Positions 31,405-43,509 of a DNA stretch of 64,000 bases are shown here, piece after piece. Source of the DNA: Ostreococcus lucimarinus (taxonomy: Eukaryota); NCBI GenBank assembly GCA_000092065.1, contig CP000583.1; one strand, written 5' to 3'. Position 1 is the first letter of the stretch. Every line of letters begins with the position of its first letter. The notes beneath the pieces are model-generated. The model did no database searches, was not told where the DNA came from, and saw only the letters and a list, made by a program, of their open reading frames with translations. The position numbers were made by a program, and so were the translations under genes.

Positions 31405-32424
31405 GTTCGGCGTTTGTCGTTAATTTAATGAAGGTGAGAAAATGTGCGTTCGGTCGTCGAACAATGTGTTCGCTCGATCGATCTAGATGTGGTTCCTTAC
31501 GACGACAACGCGACTAGACCCGACGTCTAGCGCAAAAAATTGATATCAATCACTCGTCCGTCCTCTGTCGTTCGCGCGCGCGCCACGTGTCGTCAGTCAC
31601 TTCGCACTGTTTACCCATACGCCAATTTGGGATCTGATCTCGGTTCGTTCGCCTTCGCCGACCCTCCACGAGTCGAAACTCAAGAAATGACCCCCCGCCC
31701 CGGGAAAATCCCAGTGAAATCTTTCCGGGTGTCCGCGCGTTCGGTCCCCCGTTTCGAGGTTACCGCCGACGCCCGCCCCCCCCCCGCGCGCGCGTCGCCG
31801 CGTCCCGCCCCCCCCGCGCGCGCGATCGACGCTCAATCTTTCCCTCCACCGTTTCCGATCGTCTCCCAGGGCTCACCGCGTTCGCGCGCGCGTCCCCACC
31901 GCCCGCGCGCCGTCGCGAAATCCCGAGGGCGCGTCGCGTCTGATTCCGTTGCCGCACCTCGTCGCGACGCGTTCGCGCGTCGCGCGTCGCGCCTTTTCGC
32001 GCGACCTTCGACGCGAGCGTCCGAGATTTGTTTCCTTTCGATCCCTCGCGAAGTCGCGCGCGAGAATCGAGAGGTCCGAGCGGCGCGCGCGGCGTCGCCG
32101 AGTGTCGCGCGCGCGTCCTGCGGTTAGGGCGCCGCGCCGTCTCCACCGCGCCTCGCGCCCCGTGGACGCGCGCGGACCGCGGGAAATGGATCGCGCCGTC
32201 GAGTCGCGATTCGTCGTTCGGGGGGGGGTCGGCGCGCGCGACGCGAAGATTCGGTGAGATCTCGATTTTTCGCGAAGGGGCGCGTCGTTTCGCCGTTGAT
32301 GGCGTCTTGGAGGGATTAAACGCGTGAAATTTCTCGCATGTATACATAGGGCGCGGGGCACGCGACGCGAGGCGCCGTCGCGCCGTCGCGCCATCGCGCG
32401 ACGCGGCGACCGCGCGACCGCGCG

Positions 32425-34302
32425 ATGGCGGTGGAGGACGCGGAGGACGTGGAGGACGTGGAGGATATCTTTCTCGACGTCGCGCGGCGCGCGGGACGGC
32501 GCGGCGAGGACGCGCGGCGCGGCGAGGACGCGCGCGATGGCGCGGCGACGACGGCGGGCGCGGCGGCGACGGGGGGAGTGGGGACGGCCGAGCGAGGGCT
32601 CGGACGGAGCGCGCGAGCGATGGAGGCGGTGGTGGACGCGCGCGCGCGACGGCGGGGGGGGGCGGGCGGTGACGGCGAAGGCGAAGGCGAAGGCGGAGGC
32701 GAAGGCGGAGGCGGGCGCCGGCCGGGGACGGCGAAGATTTTCGTTCACACGTTTGGGTGCTCGCACAATCACTCGGATTCGGAGTTCATGGCGGGACAAT
32801 TGCGGCGGTACGGGTACGAACTCGTGGACGCGCCGGAGAAGGCGGATGGGTGGTTGGTGAATACGTGCACGGTGAAGAATCCGAGCCAGAGCGCGATGAA
32901 CACCGTCATCGAACGAGGCAAAGCGGCGAATAAAGCGATGGTCATCGCGGGATGCGTGCCGCAGGGCGATAAGGGTGCGAAGGAGTTACGAGATGTCAGC
33001 CTGTTGGGCGTGACGCAGATTGATCGCGTGGTGGAGGCGATGGAGCGAACGTTGGCGGGCGACACCGTGCGGATGCTGGAGAAGAAAGCCTTGCCCTCGC
33101 TCGATTTGCCAAAGGTGCGACGGAACGAGTTCGTGGAAATACTGCCGTTAAGCACGGGCTGTTTAGGTGCGTGTACGTATTGCAAGACGAAACACGCGCG
33201 CGGTGATCTCGGGTCGTACGAGATTTCTGCGTTGGTGAGTCGAGTCGAACAAGCGATGGCGGAGGGCGTCTCGGAAGTGTGGCTGTCTTCAGAAGACACT
33301 GGCGCGTATGGGATCGATTTGGGCACCGATGTCGCCGCATTATTTCGCGCCATCACTGCGGTTTTGCCCACGGATGGGTCGGTGATGCTTAGACTCGGCA
33401 TGACGAACCCACCGTACATCTTGGCGCACCTCGACGCCGTCGCCGAAGCGATGCGGCATCCATCAGTGTACGCCTGGATGCACATTCCGGTACAGAGTGG
33501 ATCCAACGCTGTCTTGGAGGGCATGAAGCGCGAGTACACGGTGGAAGAATTCAAACGCGTGTGCGATACGTTGCTCGCCGCCGTGCCAGGCATGGTCATC
33601 GCGACGGATATCATTTGCGGTTTCCCGGGGGAAACCGACGAGCAATGGCAAGAAACCATGAGCCTGATTGAAGAATATAAATTTCCAGAGGTTCACATTT
33701 CGCAGTTCTATCCTCGGCCTGGGACTCCCGCGGCGAAGATGAAGCGAGTGCCGACACAAATAGTCAAGGCACGTTCGCGCGAGCTCACAGCGCTCTTCGA
33801 GTCATACATGCCTCACGAGCACTTGGTTGGTAAAACCGAACGCGTTTGGGTGAGTGATATCGCGCGCGACGGCACATCGCTCGTCGCTCATACGAAAAAC
33901 TACACACAAATACTCTTACCTGGAGGCGAAGACCAAAGAGCGCGCTTGATGGGGCGGAGTGCCATGGTTGAAATTTACGAAGCGGCCCGTTGGTCTTGCA
34001 AGGCGAGAGTTTTAGAAGTCTTAGAAGTTGATCCTACCGTTGCCAGGGTAAAGCTTAACGTTATTTCGAGTGAAGAGGAGGCAAAAGCCATTCGTGAGAA
34101 GCTGACGAAAGGCAAACGCGTTCGCATGAAGAAGACTGAGGCGAACGGTTGCTCGACGTGCGGAAGCGACACTCCGTGCTCATCCGCCGAGACGACAGCA
34201 TTGTACGCGCGGTACTTTACGATTGAAGCCGCTTTAGTCGCCGGTGTGTGCGTTGGCGCAGTCGGTCTCGCGTATGCGACGTTATCTCGCTCTAGATACT
34301 AG
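32425..34302 (+). CDS. CDKAL1: Threonylcarbamoyladenosine tRNA methylthiotransferase (CDKAL1/e-MtaB type), a radical SAM enzyme with a C-terminal membrane anchor.
   Basis: The MTTase N-domain is [31 protein letters not shown]. The radical-SAM CxxxCxxC is in [24 protein letters not shown]-like domain follows, and the C-terminus has hydrophobic [18 protein letters not shown]. The E/D/G-rich N-terminus is low-complexity. Confidence 0.75.
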   Translation: MAVEDAEDVEDVEDIFLDVARRAGRRGEDARRGEDARDGAATTAGAAATGGVGTAERGLGRSARAMEAVVDARARRRGGAGGDGEGEGEGGGEGGGGRRPGTAKIFVHTFGCSHNHSDSEFMAGQLRRYGYELVDAPEKADGWLVNTCTVKNPSQSAMNTVIERGKAANKAMVIAGCVPQGDKGAKELRDVSLLGVTQIDRVVEAMERTLAGDTVRMLEKKALPSLDLPKVRRNEFVEILPLSTGCLGACTYCKTKHARGDLGSYEISALVSRVEQAMAEGVSEVWLSSEDTGAYGIDLGTDVAALFRAITAVLPTDGSVMLRLGMTNPPYILAHLDAVAEAMRHPSVYAWMHIPVQSGSNAVLEGMKREYTVEEFKRVCDTLLAAVPGMVIATDIICGFPGETDEQWQETMSLIEEYKFPEVHISQFYPRPGTPAAKMKRVPTQIVKARSRELTALFESYMPHEHLVGKTERVWVSDIARDGTSLVAHTKNYTQILLPGGEDQRARLMGRSAMVEIYEAARWSCKARVLEVLEVDPTVARVKLNVISSEEEAKAIREKLTKGKRVRMKKTEANGCSTCGSDTPCSSAETTALYARYFTIEAALVAGVCVGAVGLAYATLSRSRY

Positions 34303-34332
34303 TTTGATATTGACAACCTACAGTTAGACGCG

Positions 34333-34959
34333 TCACGACGTCCGCCCGCGAGCAACTAGATAAATTTCCTTGCTCTCGCTTCGCGTCGCCTTCGGTTTGA
34401 ACCAATTTAGCTTGGCAAACCGTGGCTTACACGCTGCGACAAGTGCCTCTACGCTTCCGTCACCTTCTAAAATCTTCACTACCAAGTCGCCACGCAAACG
34501 CAACGCGCCTTCGCCGCCGCCGCGACTCATCGCGACATCTACCGCGCACTCTGCCAAATGCAACGACGCCGCCGCGTCTACGCTCGCAATGCCGCTCGTG
34601 TTCGCCATCATATCGCTAAGAATTAGATCGAACGAGTGCGCCCCGCCGAGTTCATTCAGAGTCGCTTCGTGCGCGTCCCGAACGAGCGTTCTCACGCGTG
34701 CCTCATCGATGTAGCGCATGCCCGATAATTCCACGTCTTGAAGGTCCACTCCTAACACTTCCGTGTGCTTCTCCCCGCGCGCGCAGCAGGCTTGGATCCA
34801 CGCCCCGGGCGCGCAGCCCAAATCGAGGATGCGGCTCTTCGAGCGCAGGAGACGAAACTTGTCGTCCAACTCGACGAGCTTGAGAGCGCTTCGCGCGACG
34901 TATCCGAGCTTACGGGCCGCGACGGCGATCGGGTCTATCGCACGCTTCGCCGCGGACAT
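34333..34959 (-). CDS. MRM2: FtsJ/RrmJ-type rRNA (uridine-2'-O)-methyltransferase (MRM2-like).
   Basis: YVARSALKLVELDDKFRLL...RILDLGCAPGAWIQ...DLILSDMMANTSG...DLVVKILEG is the FtsJ signature. The track start is a GTG. The first ATG (MSAAKRAIDP) is at 34957-34959. Confidence 0.65.
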   Translation of the reverse strand: MSAAKRAIDPIAVAARKLGYVARSALKLVELDDKFRLLRSKSRILDLGCAPGAWIQACCARGEKHTEVLGVDLQDVELSGMRYIDEARVRTLVRDAHEATLNELGGAHSFDLILSDMMANTSGIASVDAAASLHLAECAVDVAMSRGGGEGALRLRGDLVVKILEGDGSVEALVAACKPRFAKLNWFKPKATRSESKEIYLVARGRTS

Positions 34960-35011
34960 TTGTAGGGAGCATAGAATATGTAGGTGCGCTGACTTATGAC
35001 AAACAATAAGC

Positions 35012-35924
35012 TCAAGCACGCGACTTGTACGTGCCGTCTTCCGTGTTCACGATGATGGAGTCGCCGATGTTCACGAAGAGCGGCACGGTCACGACCGCAC
35101 CGGTTTCGATAGTCGCCGGCTTATCGCCACCACTCGCGGTGTTGCCCTTCAATCCCGGATCGGTCTGCACTACCTCGAACGTGTACGGGTTCGGCACCTC
35201 GCAGCCGATGACTTTGCTTTTCCACTGCACGATGCCGCAGTCCATGCCCTCCTTCACAAACTTACTCACCGCTAACGGCGGCACTCGAAGCTCTTCGAAA
35301 GTTTCCATGTTCATGAACATGTAGTCGTCGCCGTCCATGTACGTGTATTGCATAGTATCCTTGGTCACCTCGGCGAGCTCAAACTTTTCGCCAGAGCGAA
35401 ACGTCTTTTCGTTCGTGTTCCCGGTGAGTAAGTTCTTGAGCTTCGTGCGCACGAACGCCGACCCGCGACCGGGCTGTACGTGCATAAATTCTACTCAAGA
35501 CAATCGACGATCGATTTCCGTCAGTCGTGGCCTCGTCTTCGTGCATTTAAGCGATTTGCGCGAGCAGCCGTCGCTCTCGCGCCTGCGAGTGGATAAAGCG
35601 TACGCGTGCCGTTCGTCATCGCCCGCACGCACCGGTGATTCTCCACGGGTTGGAGTCGATCTCGAGCGAGAGTCCAACCTTGAAATCCGCGGTCGAGCAC
35701 GTCAGCGCGTTCACCTGCGGTCACAACGCGTCGTCAGTCGAGGACTCGTTCGCGGCGAGGCGAGGGCTGCTGTCGTCATCGTCATCCCGTCGAGTCGCGT
35801 CGCGAAGCGTCGTCTCGCGAAGGCGTACCTTGACCGGACCGCGGACACTAGACGCACGCTTAGTGACGGTCGACGTGCGCGTGAATGCGCGGACGCTGGA
35901 GATGGATTGCGACGCGGAAAGCAT
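35012..35924 (-). CDS. EFP: Organellar (plastid-type) elongation factor P. Three exons: join(35829..35924,35633..35714,35012..35490), 218 aa.
   Basis: Exon 1 MLSASQSISSVRAFTRTSTVTKRASSVRGPVK is a transit peptide, with donor GTACGC at 35827-35828. Exon 2 VNALTCSTADFKVGLSLEIDSNPWRIT (EF-P ..SNDFRNGMKIELDGEPWRVV) has donor GTGCGT at 35631-35632. Exon 3 [31 protein letters not shown]... (EF-P [24 protein letters not shown]) follows. The acceptors are CGCAG and TAG, each preceded by CTGAC. The ORF track shows only exon 3. Confidence 0.75.
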
Positions 35925-35971
35925 CGTGTGTGCGTCTTAAAGTGCGGCGTCTGGGCGGGTTGGTTTTCTGT

Positions 35972-35990
35972 TGTTACACTGTCCTCGTGC
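35972..35990. promoter_or_regulatory. CACTGT-type promoter motif (TTGTTACACTGTCCTCG) about 50 nt upstream of the EF-P ATG.
   Basis: On the sense strand it reads ..GACAGTGTAACAACAG.., which resembles CAAACAGTGTAAACAG at 57842-57857. Confidence 0.25.
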
Positions 35991-35995
35991 GGACA

Positions 35996-38900
35996 TTAAT
36001 TTTGCGATTGCGTGCTCATGAACAGCGCTGGATCGATCGCTAAGGGAGCGTCTGATTGGCTGTGATCAGTGAACGTGCGAACAAGCTGGGAACCAGGACG
36101 CGGAGAGAGCGTAGACGCAGTCTCGGCGGGGTCGTTGCTCGGCAAGAGGGCGGCGCGAGGCGTGGCGCCGGATTTGCGAGTCGTGCGCTGCTTCATGGAG
36201 TCCGAAGCTCGCTCGGTGACAACGTTCACGCGCATATTCGGCGGTTTGGGCAAGCTCGTTGACTTTGACCCGCTCGTTCGCGGTGAGCGATGAGGTGAAA
36301 CGCGGTTTCTGTCGAAACTGTTGCGCGGAGAGACGTGAGGAGAGATGTTTGGCGACTCGGGATCGCTAACGGCGGCAAACGCCGATGCGGCCATTTGGAG
36401 TTCAGCGTGAGGTTTGTTGACGTCGACGTCTGAAATTCGCCGTTCCTCCTTCGCTTTGTGCTTCCAGTTCGTGATGGCGGTGTTCGTGTACGCTTGTGCC
36501 TTTCGCACCGCAGCGTCCATCTGAGACAACGTCAAGCCGTGAGCCATCCACGAAGACACGCCTGGAGGTCGGAGGTGCATGTTGATTCGATGGTCTCGCG
36601 CGACGAGCTCGAGGTGCTTCTTCGTCGTCGTCGCCGTCAATGCGTTCAGAACGTCCGCGTACGATGGGTGATCCAGTCGTTCTGAGGCACTCTTTGACTT
36701 GCGCGAGTCAAACGGGTTCAATCGATCCCACAGCAAGCCGAAACTGCTCATGCCTCCATCGTGCGGCGTGAGATCGCGGAAGCTAATGAAATCTTTGTCT
36801 TCTACGTCCACAACGATCACAGTCTCGACTCCCATCTCTTTTCGCATCACGTCTACGGGAACGCTGTTCAGGTAGCCCCCGTCAACGAGTAACTCACCAT
36901 TCTCGTCGCGAACCGGAGGCAAGAGCCCGAGAACCGTCATCGACGCTCGAATACACCGCCAAAGACGTCCAGAAGTGTGCACATTCAAACACTGTTTGTT
37001 TAAATTTGTGCTACAGCAGAAAAAGTTCAGCCACAGATCTTCGATGGAGGTATCAGCGCCCACGGAACTCTTGATGATGGTGTCCAAGCCCTTGCCGCTA
37101 AAGAGCGAAAGCAGCGGGAGTGTGAGATCGGTGAGCAAATGATGAGGAGAGTTCAGAACGTGCATGTTGTTGCGAAGCATTGGGAGTATGTGCGATGTTG
37201 ATAATGTCCTAGCATACATCCCTGCTGTGAGCGTGCCTTGACTGGTGCCACCGATACAATCGATTGGAATTCCATTCTCCTCGAGCGCACGTAACGCGCC
37301 CAAATGAGCCAAACCACCGCCGCCTCCGCCGGTCAAGATCACGCCAACGCTATGTCCGGACACATACCTCGCGAGGCGTGACATGTCATCCCTCGACGCT
37401 AGTCTCACGTGATGATGGCGTTTGATTGTAGTTCTGTTTTCCTGCCAAGTCTTTGTTTGCGACGGCGTGCTTCCAGGCTCGTGAATTAGTACCAGTTCTG
37501 GACGTGCGCTGTTTCGTGTGCGCCAAAGTAGTCGTTGCTCGTACAGAAGCGGCATCTTATTCTCATGATTGCCGTGTGCCACGACTAATACACAATCCGC
37601 TTGGCTCGCACAAACTTTACTCCAACTTGATGCACGCGGATCCGCTTGGAGGACGATGAAACGATGCACTTCCTCTTGTTCTGCCATCCATCCAGTGAGC
37701 TTTGAACGGTAAAACAGGTTGTCTAGGCGATGAGTCGTTTCGTCAGCGAAAATTTCATCGATAACTGAACTCGTTAGCAGCAGTGTGGATCCAAACATGG
37801 AAAGCGCACTTTGAAGAGCGCTTGCAAACTCGTTGATTTGTGTGCGTGGGCCCGCAGGTATGAGGCAGATCGTCACGAGCTCAGCGAGCGAACGGTCGCC
37901 AGTTCGAAGGTTATTCTGCAGTTTGCAAGCGACGAGTTCAAGAAGTCGACTCGATACCTCAGAGTGATGCGCGTTGATCAGTTTCAGCGCTCCGTGCGAC
38001 ATTCTGACGAGTTCTGTATCGCGTGAAGTGACTGCAGTTGAGGAATACTTCCCATGCGCGAGTAAAGGCGCTTCTCCGATGGTATCGCCTCGACCGCGTT
38101 CCCGAATTATTTCATCTCCACTACTCGTGTGACGTGGAAACCGTAAACGCACGCGTCCACTGATGATGACAAACATACTTGTGGCATCTTCATTGGTCAT
38201 AAAGACGTGATCTCCGCTTCTCAGCCACACTCGATTGAGACCGAAGCCGATGAAATTACGAATGAGAACGCCAAGAGACGAAGACGTTTGACGGAGCAAA
38301 GAGATGTATGCCTCAGTTTCAGCTGTACACAAATGCTCGAGAACTTCTCCTGTTATGACGAGCATTTCACAATCTTCATCCGCCTGTTGGGTTTCTCTGA
38401 AGAGTGAGCGTGTCATAAAGTGCGCCGAACCGATCAACTGTAACGCTCGCACCGGCTTCCCACGCAGCCCGTCGCCTTTCGGCCATGGAATGGCTTCCCG
38501 CGCAATCGATCCCTTCAGAAGGATGTAAAACGCATCCGTAGAATCTCCTTCGGCAAAAATAATCTCACCCTTTTTTATTTGTTTGCGTGCGCAATACTTC
38601 TCCACGGTCGGTAAGTGCTCCAAGAAATCTGAATTTGCGAGCGAGCATGCGTCGTCCGCCTCAGGTTGACCGCGAAGCGATTGCCGAGGCATGCCAAGAA
38701 AATCAATCAGCGAAAACTGCGCCACGCGCCACAATCGCGCGATCGCTTGTTGCAAATACAGCTGCAAAGTGTGCGGATGCTTTCGAACGAAGTCTAAGAA
38801 GATGCGCTGTGAGACTCGCACTACCTTTGCCCCGCCCTGCATGGTGATGCAACTCACGCTTCGTCTCGCGCTGTCGAGGATGTCTATATCTCCCACCGAC

Positions 38901-39348
38901 TCTCCCTCTTGTAAAATATTCGTCATCACAGGTGGCGCTCCATTCGTCGGTTGCAAATACACTCCCACCGATCCCTCGACGACGACGTATATCCCACTCG
39001 AACTATCGTCTCCTTGCCGAAAAAGCACTTCATTCGGCGCCAACACCTCCTCCTCCGACGCCTCAAACAGCTCTCTCGACAACTCCAACTCTAACACGCT
39101 AAAAAACTTCGTACTCGCGAAAAAATTAGGCGTGTTCTCATCGTTCACGTCTTCTCCACTCGCGCTCGCGAAAAACTGTCCCGACGTCCGCGACCCCTCC
39201 AGGTCGCCCTCGTCGCTCCAAAATTCATCCTCTCGACTCGTCGAGCTGCTCATCCCGCGCTGACTCTCGCGCGATCCGAACGACCCAACGCGCAGGACTT
39301 CCGCGCTGTCTCCACCGTCCACGCGCACGCCTCGTCGATTGCGTCCTC

Positions 39349-39385
<37 letters not shown>

Positions 39386-39484
39386 TTCCTCAGCCGCGTC
39401 ACCGCCGTCGTCGCGCGCGAACGCGACGTCCCACGCCTTTTTCACCGCGCACGCCGTCGCGACCGCGCTCGCGGCGTACCCCAT
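35996..39484 (-). CDS. NTE: Neuropathy target esterase/SWS-like patatin-domain lysophospholipase with cyclic-nucleotide-binding domains, 1162 aa.
   Basis: Several cNMP-binding-like domains are followed by a patatin domain (GVILTGGGGGGLAHLGALRALEENGIPIDCIGGTSQGTL and a DGG motif). The start MGYAASAVATACAVKKAW is assumed. The 212 aa further upstream in the track ORF are antisense read-through of PPIP5K. Confidence 0.75.
39351..39384. repeat. (GTC)11 / (ACG)11 trinucleotide repeat encoding poly-Thr (T11) in the NTE N-terminal region.
   Basis: It is seen directly in the sequence. On the minus strand it translates to EEATTTTTTTTTTTGGRN. Confidence 0.8.
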
Positions 39485-39628
39485 CGCTCGCGCCGCGCGT
39501 CGTCCCCGCCCCGCGCCCGCGACGCCGCCATCCCGCGCCATGTCGTCGACGAATGCGGGGAATCGCGTCCTAACGACCGGGACGGCGGCCCGCCCGCCCG
39601 AAGCGTCATTCCCAGACGGACGCGCGCG

Positions 39629-42600
39629 ATGTCCGAACACGCGGCGCCGACGCGCGACGCGCGGAAGCAAAGCTCGCGCTCGGGCGCGTCGAGCGCGTCC
39701 AAGCACCCGATCGTCACGCTGGGCGTGTGCGCGATGGATAAAAAGTCGCGCTCGAGCGCGATGCGAGAGATCCTGACGCGGATCGAATCGTTCGGGGAGT
39801 TTGAGATTGTGATATTCGGGGACGAGTGCGTGGTGAACGAACCGGTGGAAAATTGGCCCAAGGTGGACGCGCTGATCGCGTTCTACAGCAATGGGTTTCC
39901 GTTGCAAAAGGTGGAGCGGTACGTGGAGATGCACAAGCCCTTTGTGGTGAACGAGCCGAACGACCAGTGGACGCTGCTGGATCGGAGATTGGTGTATAAG
40001 CGGTTGCAGGAACACGATATTCCAGTGCCGAATCACGTGGTGGTGAATCGTAACGATTACATCAAGAAGGGGGCGCTCAGGAAGAAGCCGAAGGGGGATG
40101 AAGTGGCGTTGCCCGATCAACCGACGTTCGAGCCAAAGAATTTCTCACAGGACGAAGAGTACGTGGAAATCAACGGGAAAAGGATATATAAGCCCTTTGT
40201 GGAGAAGCCGGCGAACGCGGAGGATCATAACATTTTTATCTACTACCCACACAGCGTCGGTGGGGGGTACAAGCGCTTGTTTCGGAAGATTGGTAATCAA
40301 TCGAGTCAGTACTACCCTCCTCCTGAAACCACCGCGGCGGGCGAGTTGTCTTACGCCCCGGTTCGGGAGACGACATCTTTCATTTACGAAGATTTCATGT
40401 CAACGAACGGTACAGATGTAAAAGTGTATACTGTTGGTCCGAATTACGCCCACGCCGAAGCTAGAAAGAGTCCAGTCGTCGATGGAAGAGTGCAGAGAGA
40501 CGAGAGCGGCAAGGAGGTGCGTTACCCGGTATTGTTGACGCCAGAGGAGAAAGAAATCGCACGCCGTGTGTGTATAGCGTTTGGGCAGCGAGTTTGTGGA
40601 TTTGATTTACTTCGTGCGAAAGGTCGAAGCTACGTTTGTGACGTCAATGGATGGAGTTTTGTGAAAAACTCCAAAAAATACTATGACGACGCTTCGGTGT
40701 GCTTGCGAGCGATGATTTTGAAAGCCGTAGCGCCGAATCACTTTAGCACTCAGCCTGCTCAAAAAGCCGCGGCATCGGCTAGTGTTGAAGAGCCTGATAT
40801 CATTTTAGATGGTAATGATGCCGAATTGAAGGAAACCAGACTCGAGAAGGCGCCATCACCCAAGGAACCGCCTGAGGAGTTGCGCGCCGTACTCGGCGTC
40901 ATTCGGCACGGCGATCGCACGCCCAAGCAAAAGATGAAACTGAGAGTGAAAAATCGTGAACTTCTTGATCTCATGCTTCGATGCACGAACGGTCGAACTC
41001 GCAAGCAAGCTAAATTGAAGACGCCTCAGACATTGCAAGAACTCTTGAATATTTGCAGGGACATTTACAAAAGTTTGTCTAAGCAAACCTTGGCGCCGAA
41101 AGACGAGGAGGGACATGAAGAGGCGCAAGAAGAACTCGAAGCGTGGAAACAAGTAGTGTCGATTCTCGAAGAAGGAGGACACTTTAGTGGTATCAATCGT
41201 AAAGCGCAGCTCAAACCTCTTGAGTGGGAGACAATCGATGCTGGAACGCTAGACTCTCACACAGAAAAAGTCACCGAGGCTCTCCTCATCATCAAGTTCG
41301 GCGGTGTTTTGACTTATTTGGGTAAATATCAAGCCGAAACACTCGGTAAGGCATTTAGAGTACGAATGTATCCTCGTGGTAACTATTACGGCTCGGACGC
41401 TGATGGTTTACTGAGATTACATTCAACCTATCGCCACGATTTGAAGATTTACTCCTCCGATGAAGGTCGAGTGCAGATCACTGCTGCAGCTTTTGCGAAA
41501 GGTTTACTCGCCCTCGATACCCATCATGGACAGCTCACGCCGATTCTCGCTTCTCTCGTTACCAAAGATGCAAAGTTGTTGGATTTCGTGACTCATTACG
41601 TGGAAGAGGACATCTTACACTCAAAGCACAAGCTGTTCACGGCGATGACATACAAGCCAGATGCACAGCTGAATGACAAAAAGCCGACCGAAGAAGAAAT
41701 TGGGGGATTGTCGCAGACCTTGCGATTTGCTTCGCTGAATAAATTCAAGGTGGTGACACAAATGGTTATGGCTGCGCATCGCTTTCAAAGCGCTGGCGAA
41801 TCATCCCACCACGATACGACTCAAAAAGCTGTCACGCTTTCAACCAATCTCATGGGTGTACCGAAGCAGCCACTCAAGAAACTCGAAATGCTGTATGAAC
41901 TCACGAAATCAATTTCGGTGCAGCTTAGAACGATGCTTTCTAGCCACCAAGTGCGATATGATTCCGATTCCGGCACTAGAATCAACTGGGCCGACACGCA
42001 TTCCGCCGTCGCCCCACGTGGTTCACTTCCAAAAGGAGGTATTCAACAGCTTAAAACCATGATCGTTCCCGCTGGCGGTGAGTCCTTTTTGCTCATGTAT
42101 TCCAGATGGAAAAAGTTAGAGCAAGATCTTTACCATTCGCGTAAAGCTAGGTTTGACATCTCGAAAGTACCAGACGTCTACGACGCGGTAAAATACGATG
42201 CCATTCATAACGAACATTTGGCTTTAGAGGGACTCGAGGCGTTGTACGAAATCGCGAAAGAGCTAGCAGATTGCATTGTTCCGAATGAATACGGTACGAC
42301 GGCTTCGAGCAAGCTACGAATTGGGGGCACCGTTGCCAACAGCTTGATTGCAAAATTGCTAAGCGATTTGAACAACACTCGCGAGGAATCTTTCGCCGTC
42401 GAAAGCGGTGGAATGTCATCGAATGAAATGCGCCGTGTTTCTATCAGCGAAAAGATACCGGTTTTAAATGAAGAAGACGAGGCCGAAACGATCGACGAAG
42501 AGACTGAGCGAGAACGTGAGGAGCAGGAAGAAGAAGAGGAAGAGCTGAACACGACTCGATTGAATTTGCGATACGCCACGGCGCACGGTGTGCATAGCCC

Positions 42601-43363
42601 ATTCAGACACGTGCGCACGCGGCTTTATTTCACCTCTGAATCTCACTTGCATTCGCTCATCAATGTACTTCAGTACGCGCACCTGGACAAGCCTCGAGAA
42701 GATCGCGAGCGAGGTCGCTCTCCGTATCACACCGAACATAGCGAAAGCGACGTCGATGCAAAGGGTCCGACGAAACGCACTTCTACGAAGGGAAGCTCGC
42801 GCGCGAGCAGGGTACCGCCCGGTTTGCCGCTAGGGAGCCCGAAAAAGGAAGAGGATGCTACCAGCGCAAACTCAAGCGTGAGTGCTACGAATGAAACCGT
42901 CAGGCCTTCGCTCATCGACGATGCCTTGGGAGCGTTGTTTAAGCGCGAGAAGGAGCTCGATTATCTTACCCACATCGTGTTTAGAATGTTCGAACGTTTC
43001 CATGTTCCTCCGTCAGATCCTCGACGCTTTCGGATTGAAATTTTGTTCTCCAACGGCGTCAGTTTACACCCGTTTAAGACCAATGCCATCGAACTTTTCG
43101 ACAGCAGCGCTAGGAACGGTGTAGCAGATGAAGACGAGGAGATGATATCTGATGATTTGCTCAAAGAAATACAGATTCAAAACGATAAAATCATGCCTGG
43201 ACAGGATTATCTCACTCTTAGCACCATGGAAGAGTACTTGGTAAACTACAATCGACGCTGGAACAAGGGAGGGGATTCAGCCGATGGCACGCCCGGGAAA
43301 GGCGCGAGGAGCTCGAGTGTTGGCAGCGAGCGAATCAGGGCGGGAAAGAACCTCTTTACTTGA
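39629..43363 (+). CDS. VIP1: Diphosphoinositol-pentakisphosphate kinase (PPIP5K/VIP1) with an ATP-grasp kinase domain and a histidine-acid-phosphatase-like domain. Single exon, 1244 aa.
   Basis: There is near-collinear similarity to human PPIP5K, with IVTLGVCAMDKKSRSSAMREILTRI, NEPVENWPKVDALIAFYSNGFPL, VRHGDRTPKQKMK and RTRLYFTSESHLHSLINVL. The start is 144 bp from the divergent NTE ATG. Confidence 0.9.
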   Translation: MSEHAAPTRDARKQSSRSGASSASKHPIVTLGVCAMDKKSRSSAMREILTRIESFGEFEIVIFGDECVVNEPVENWPKVDALIAFYSNGFPLQKVERYVEMHKPFVVNEPNDQWTLLDRRLVYKRLQEHDIPVPNHVVVNRNDYIKKGALRKKPKGDEVALPDQPTFEPKNFSQDEEYVEINGKRIYKPFVEKPANAEDHNIFIYYPHSVGGGYKRLFRKIGNQSSQYYPPPETTAAGELSYAPVRETTSFIYEDFMSTNGTDVKVYTVGPNYAHAEARKSPVVDGRVQRDESGKEVRYPVLLTPEEKEIARRVCIAFGQRVCGFDLLRAKGRSYVCDVNGWSFVKNSKKYYDDASVCLRAMILKAVAPNHFSTQPAQKAAASASVEEPDIILDGNDAELKETRLEKAPSPKEPPEELRAVLGVIRHGDRTPKQKMKLRVKNRELLDLMLRCTNGRTRKQAKLKTPQTLQELLNICRDIYKSLSKQTLAPKDEEGHEEAQEELEAWKQVVSILEEGGHFSGINRKAQLKPLEWETIDAGTLDSHTEKVTEALLIIKFGGVLTYLGKYQAETLGKAFRVRMYPRGNYYGSDADGLLRLHSTYRHDLKIYSSDEGRVQITAAAFAKGLLALDTHHGQLTPILASLVTKDAKLLDFVTHYVEEDILHSKHKLFTAMTYKPDAQLNDKKPTEEEIGGLSQTLRFASLNKFKVVTQMVMAAHRFQSAGESSHHDTTQKAVTLSTNLMGVPKQPLKKLEMLYELTKSISVQLRTMLSSHQVRYDSDSGTRINWADTHSAVAPRGSLPKGGIQQLKTMIVPAGGESFLLMYSRWKKLEQDLYHSRKARFDISKVPDVYDAVKYDAIHNEHLALEGLEALYEIAKELADCIVPNEYGTTASSKLRIGGTVANSLIAKLLSDLNNTREESFAVESGGMSSNEMRRVSISEKIPVLNEEDEAETIDEETEREREEQEEEEEELNTTRLNLRYATAHGVHSPFRHVRTRLYFTSESHLHSLINVLQYAHLDKPREDRERGRSPYHTEHSESDVDAKGPTKRTSTKGSSRASRVPPGLPLGSPKKEEDATSANSSVSATNETVRPSLIDDALGALFKREKELDYLTHIVFRMFERFHVPPSDPRRFRIEILFSNGVSLHPFKTNAIELFDSSARNGVADEDEEMISDDLLKEIQIQNDKIMPGQDYLTLSTMEEYLVNYNRRWNKGGDSADGTPGKGARSSSVGSERIRAGKNLFT

Positions 43364-43509
43364 GCGTGCAGTAGCAACATAGCCAATATTGTTTAAAACG
43401 CTAAATAAATCAAATGTGGAGATAGGCAAAAGCAGGGGAAAGGCGATCAGCTTTAATTGGAACCTCGCTTCGCAGCGACGTTTCAAAACGAGTCGTCATA
43501 ATTTATAAT

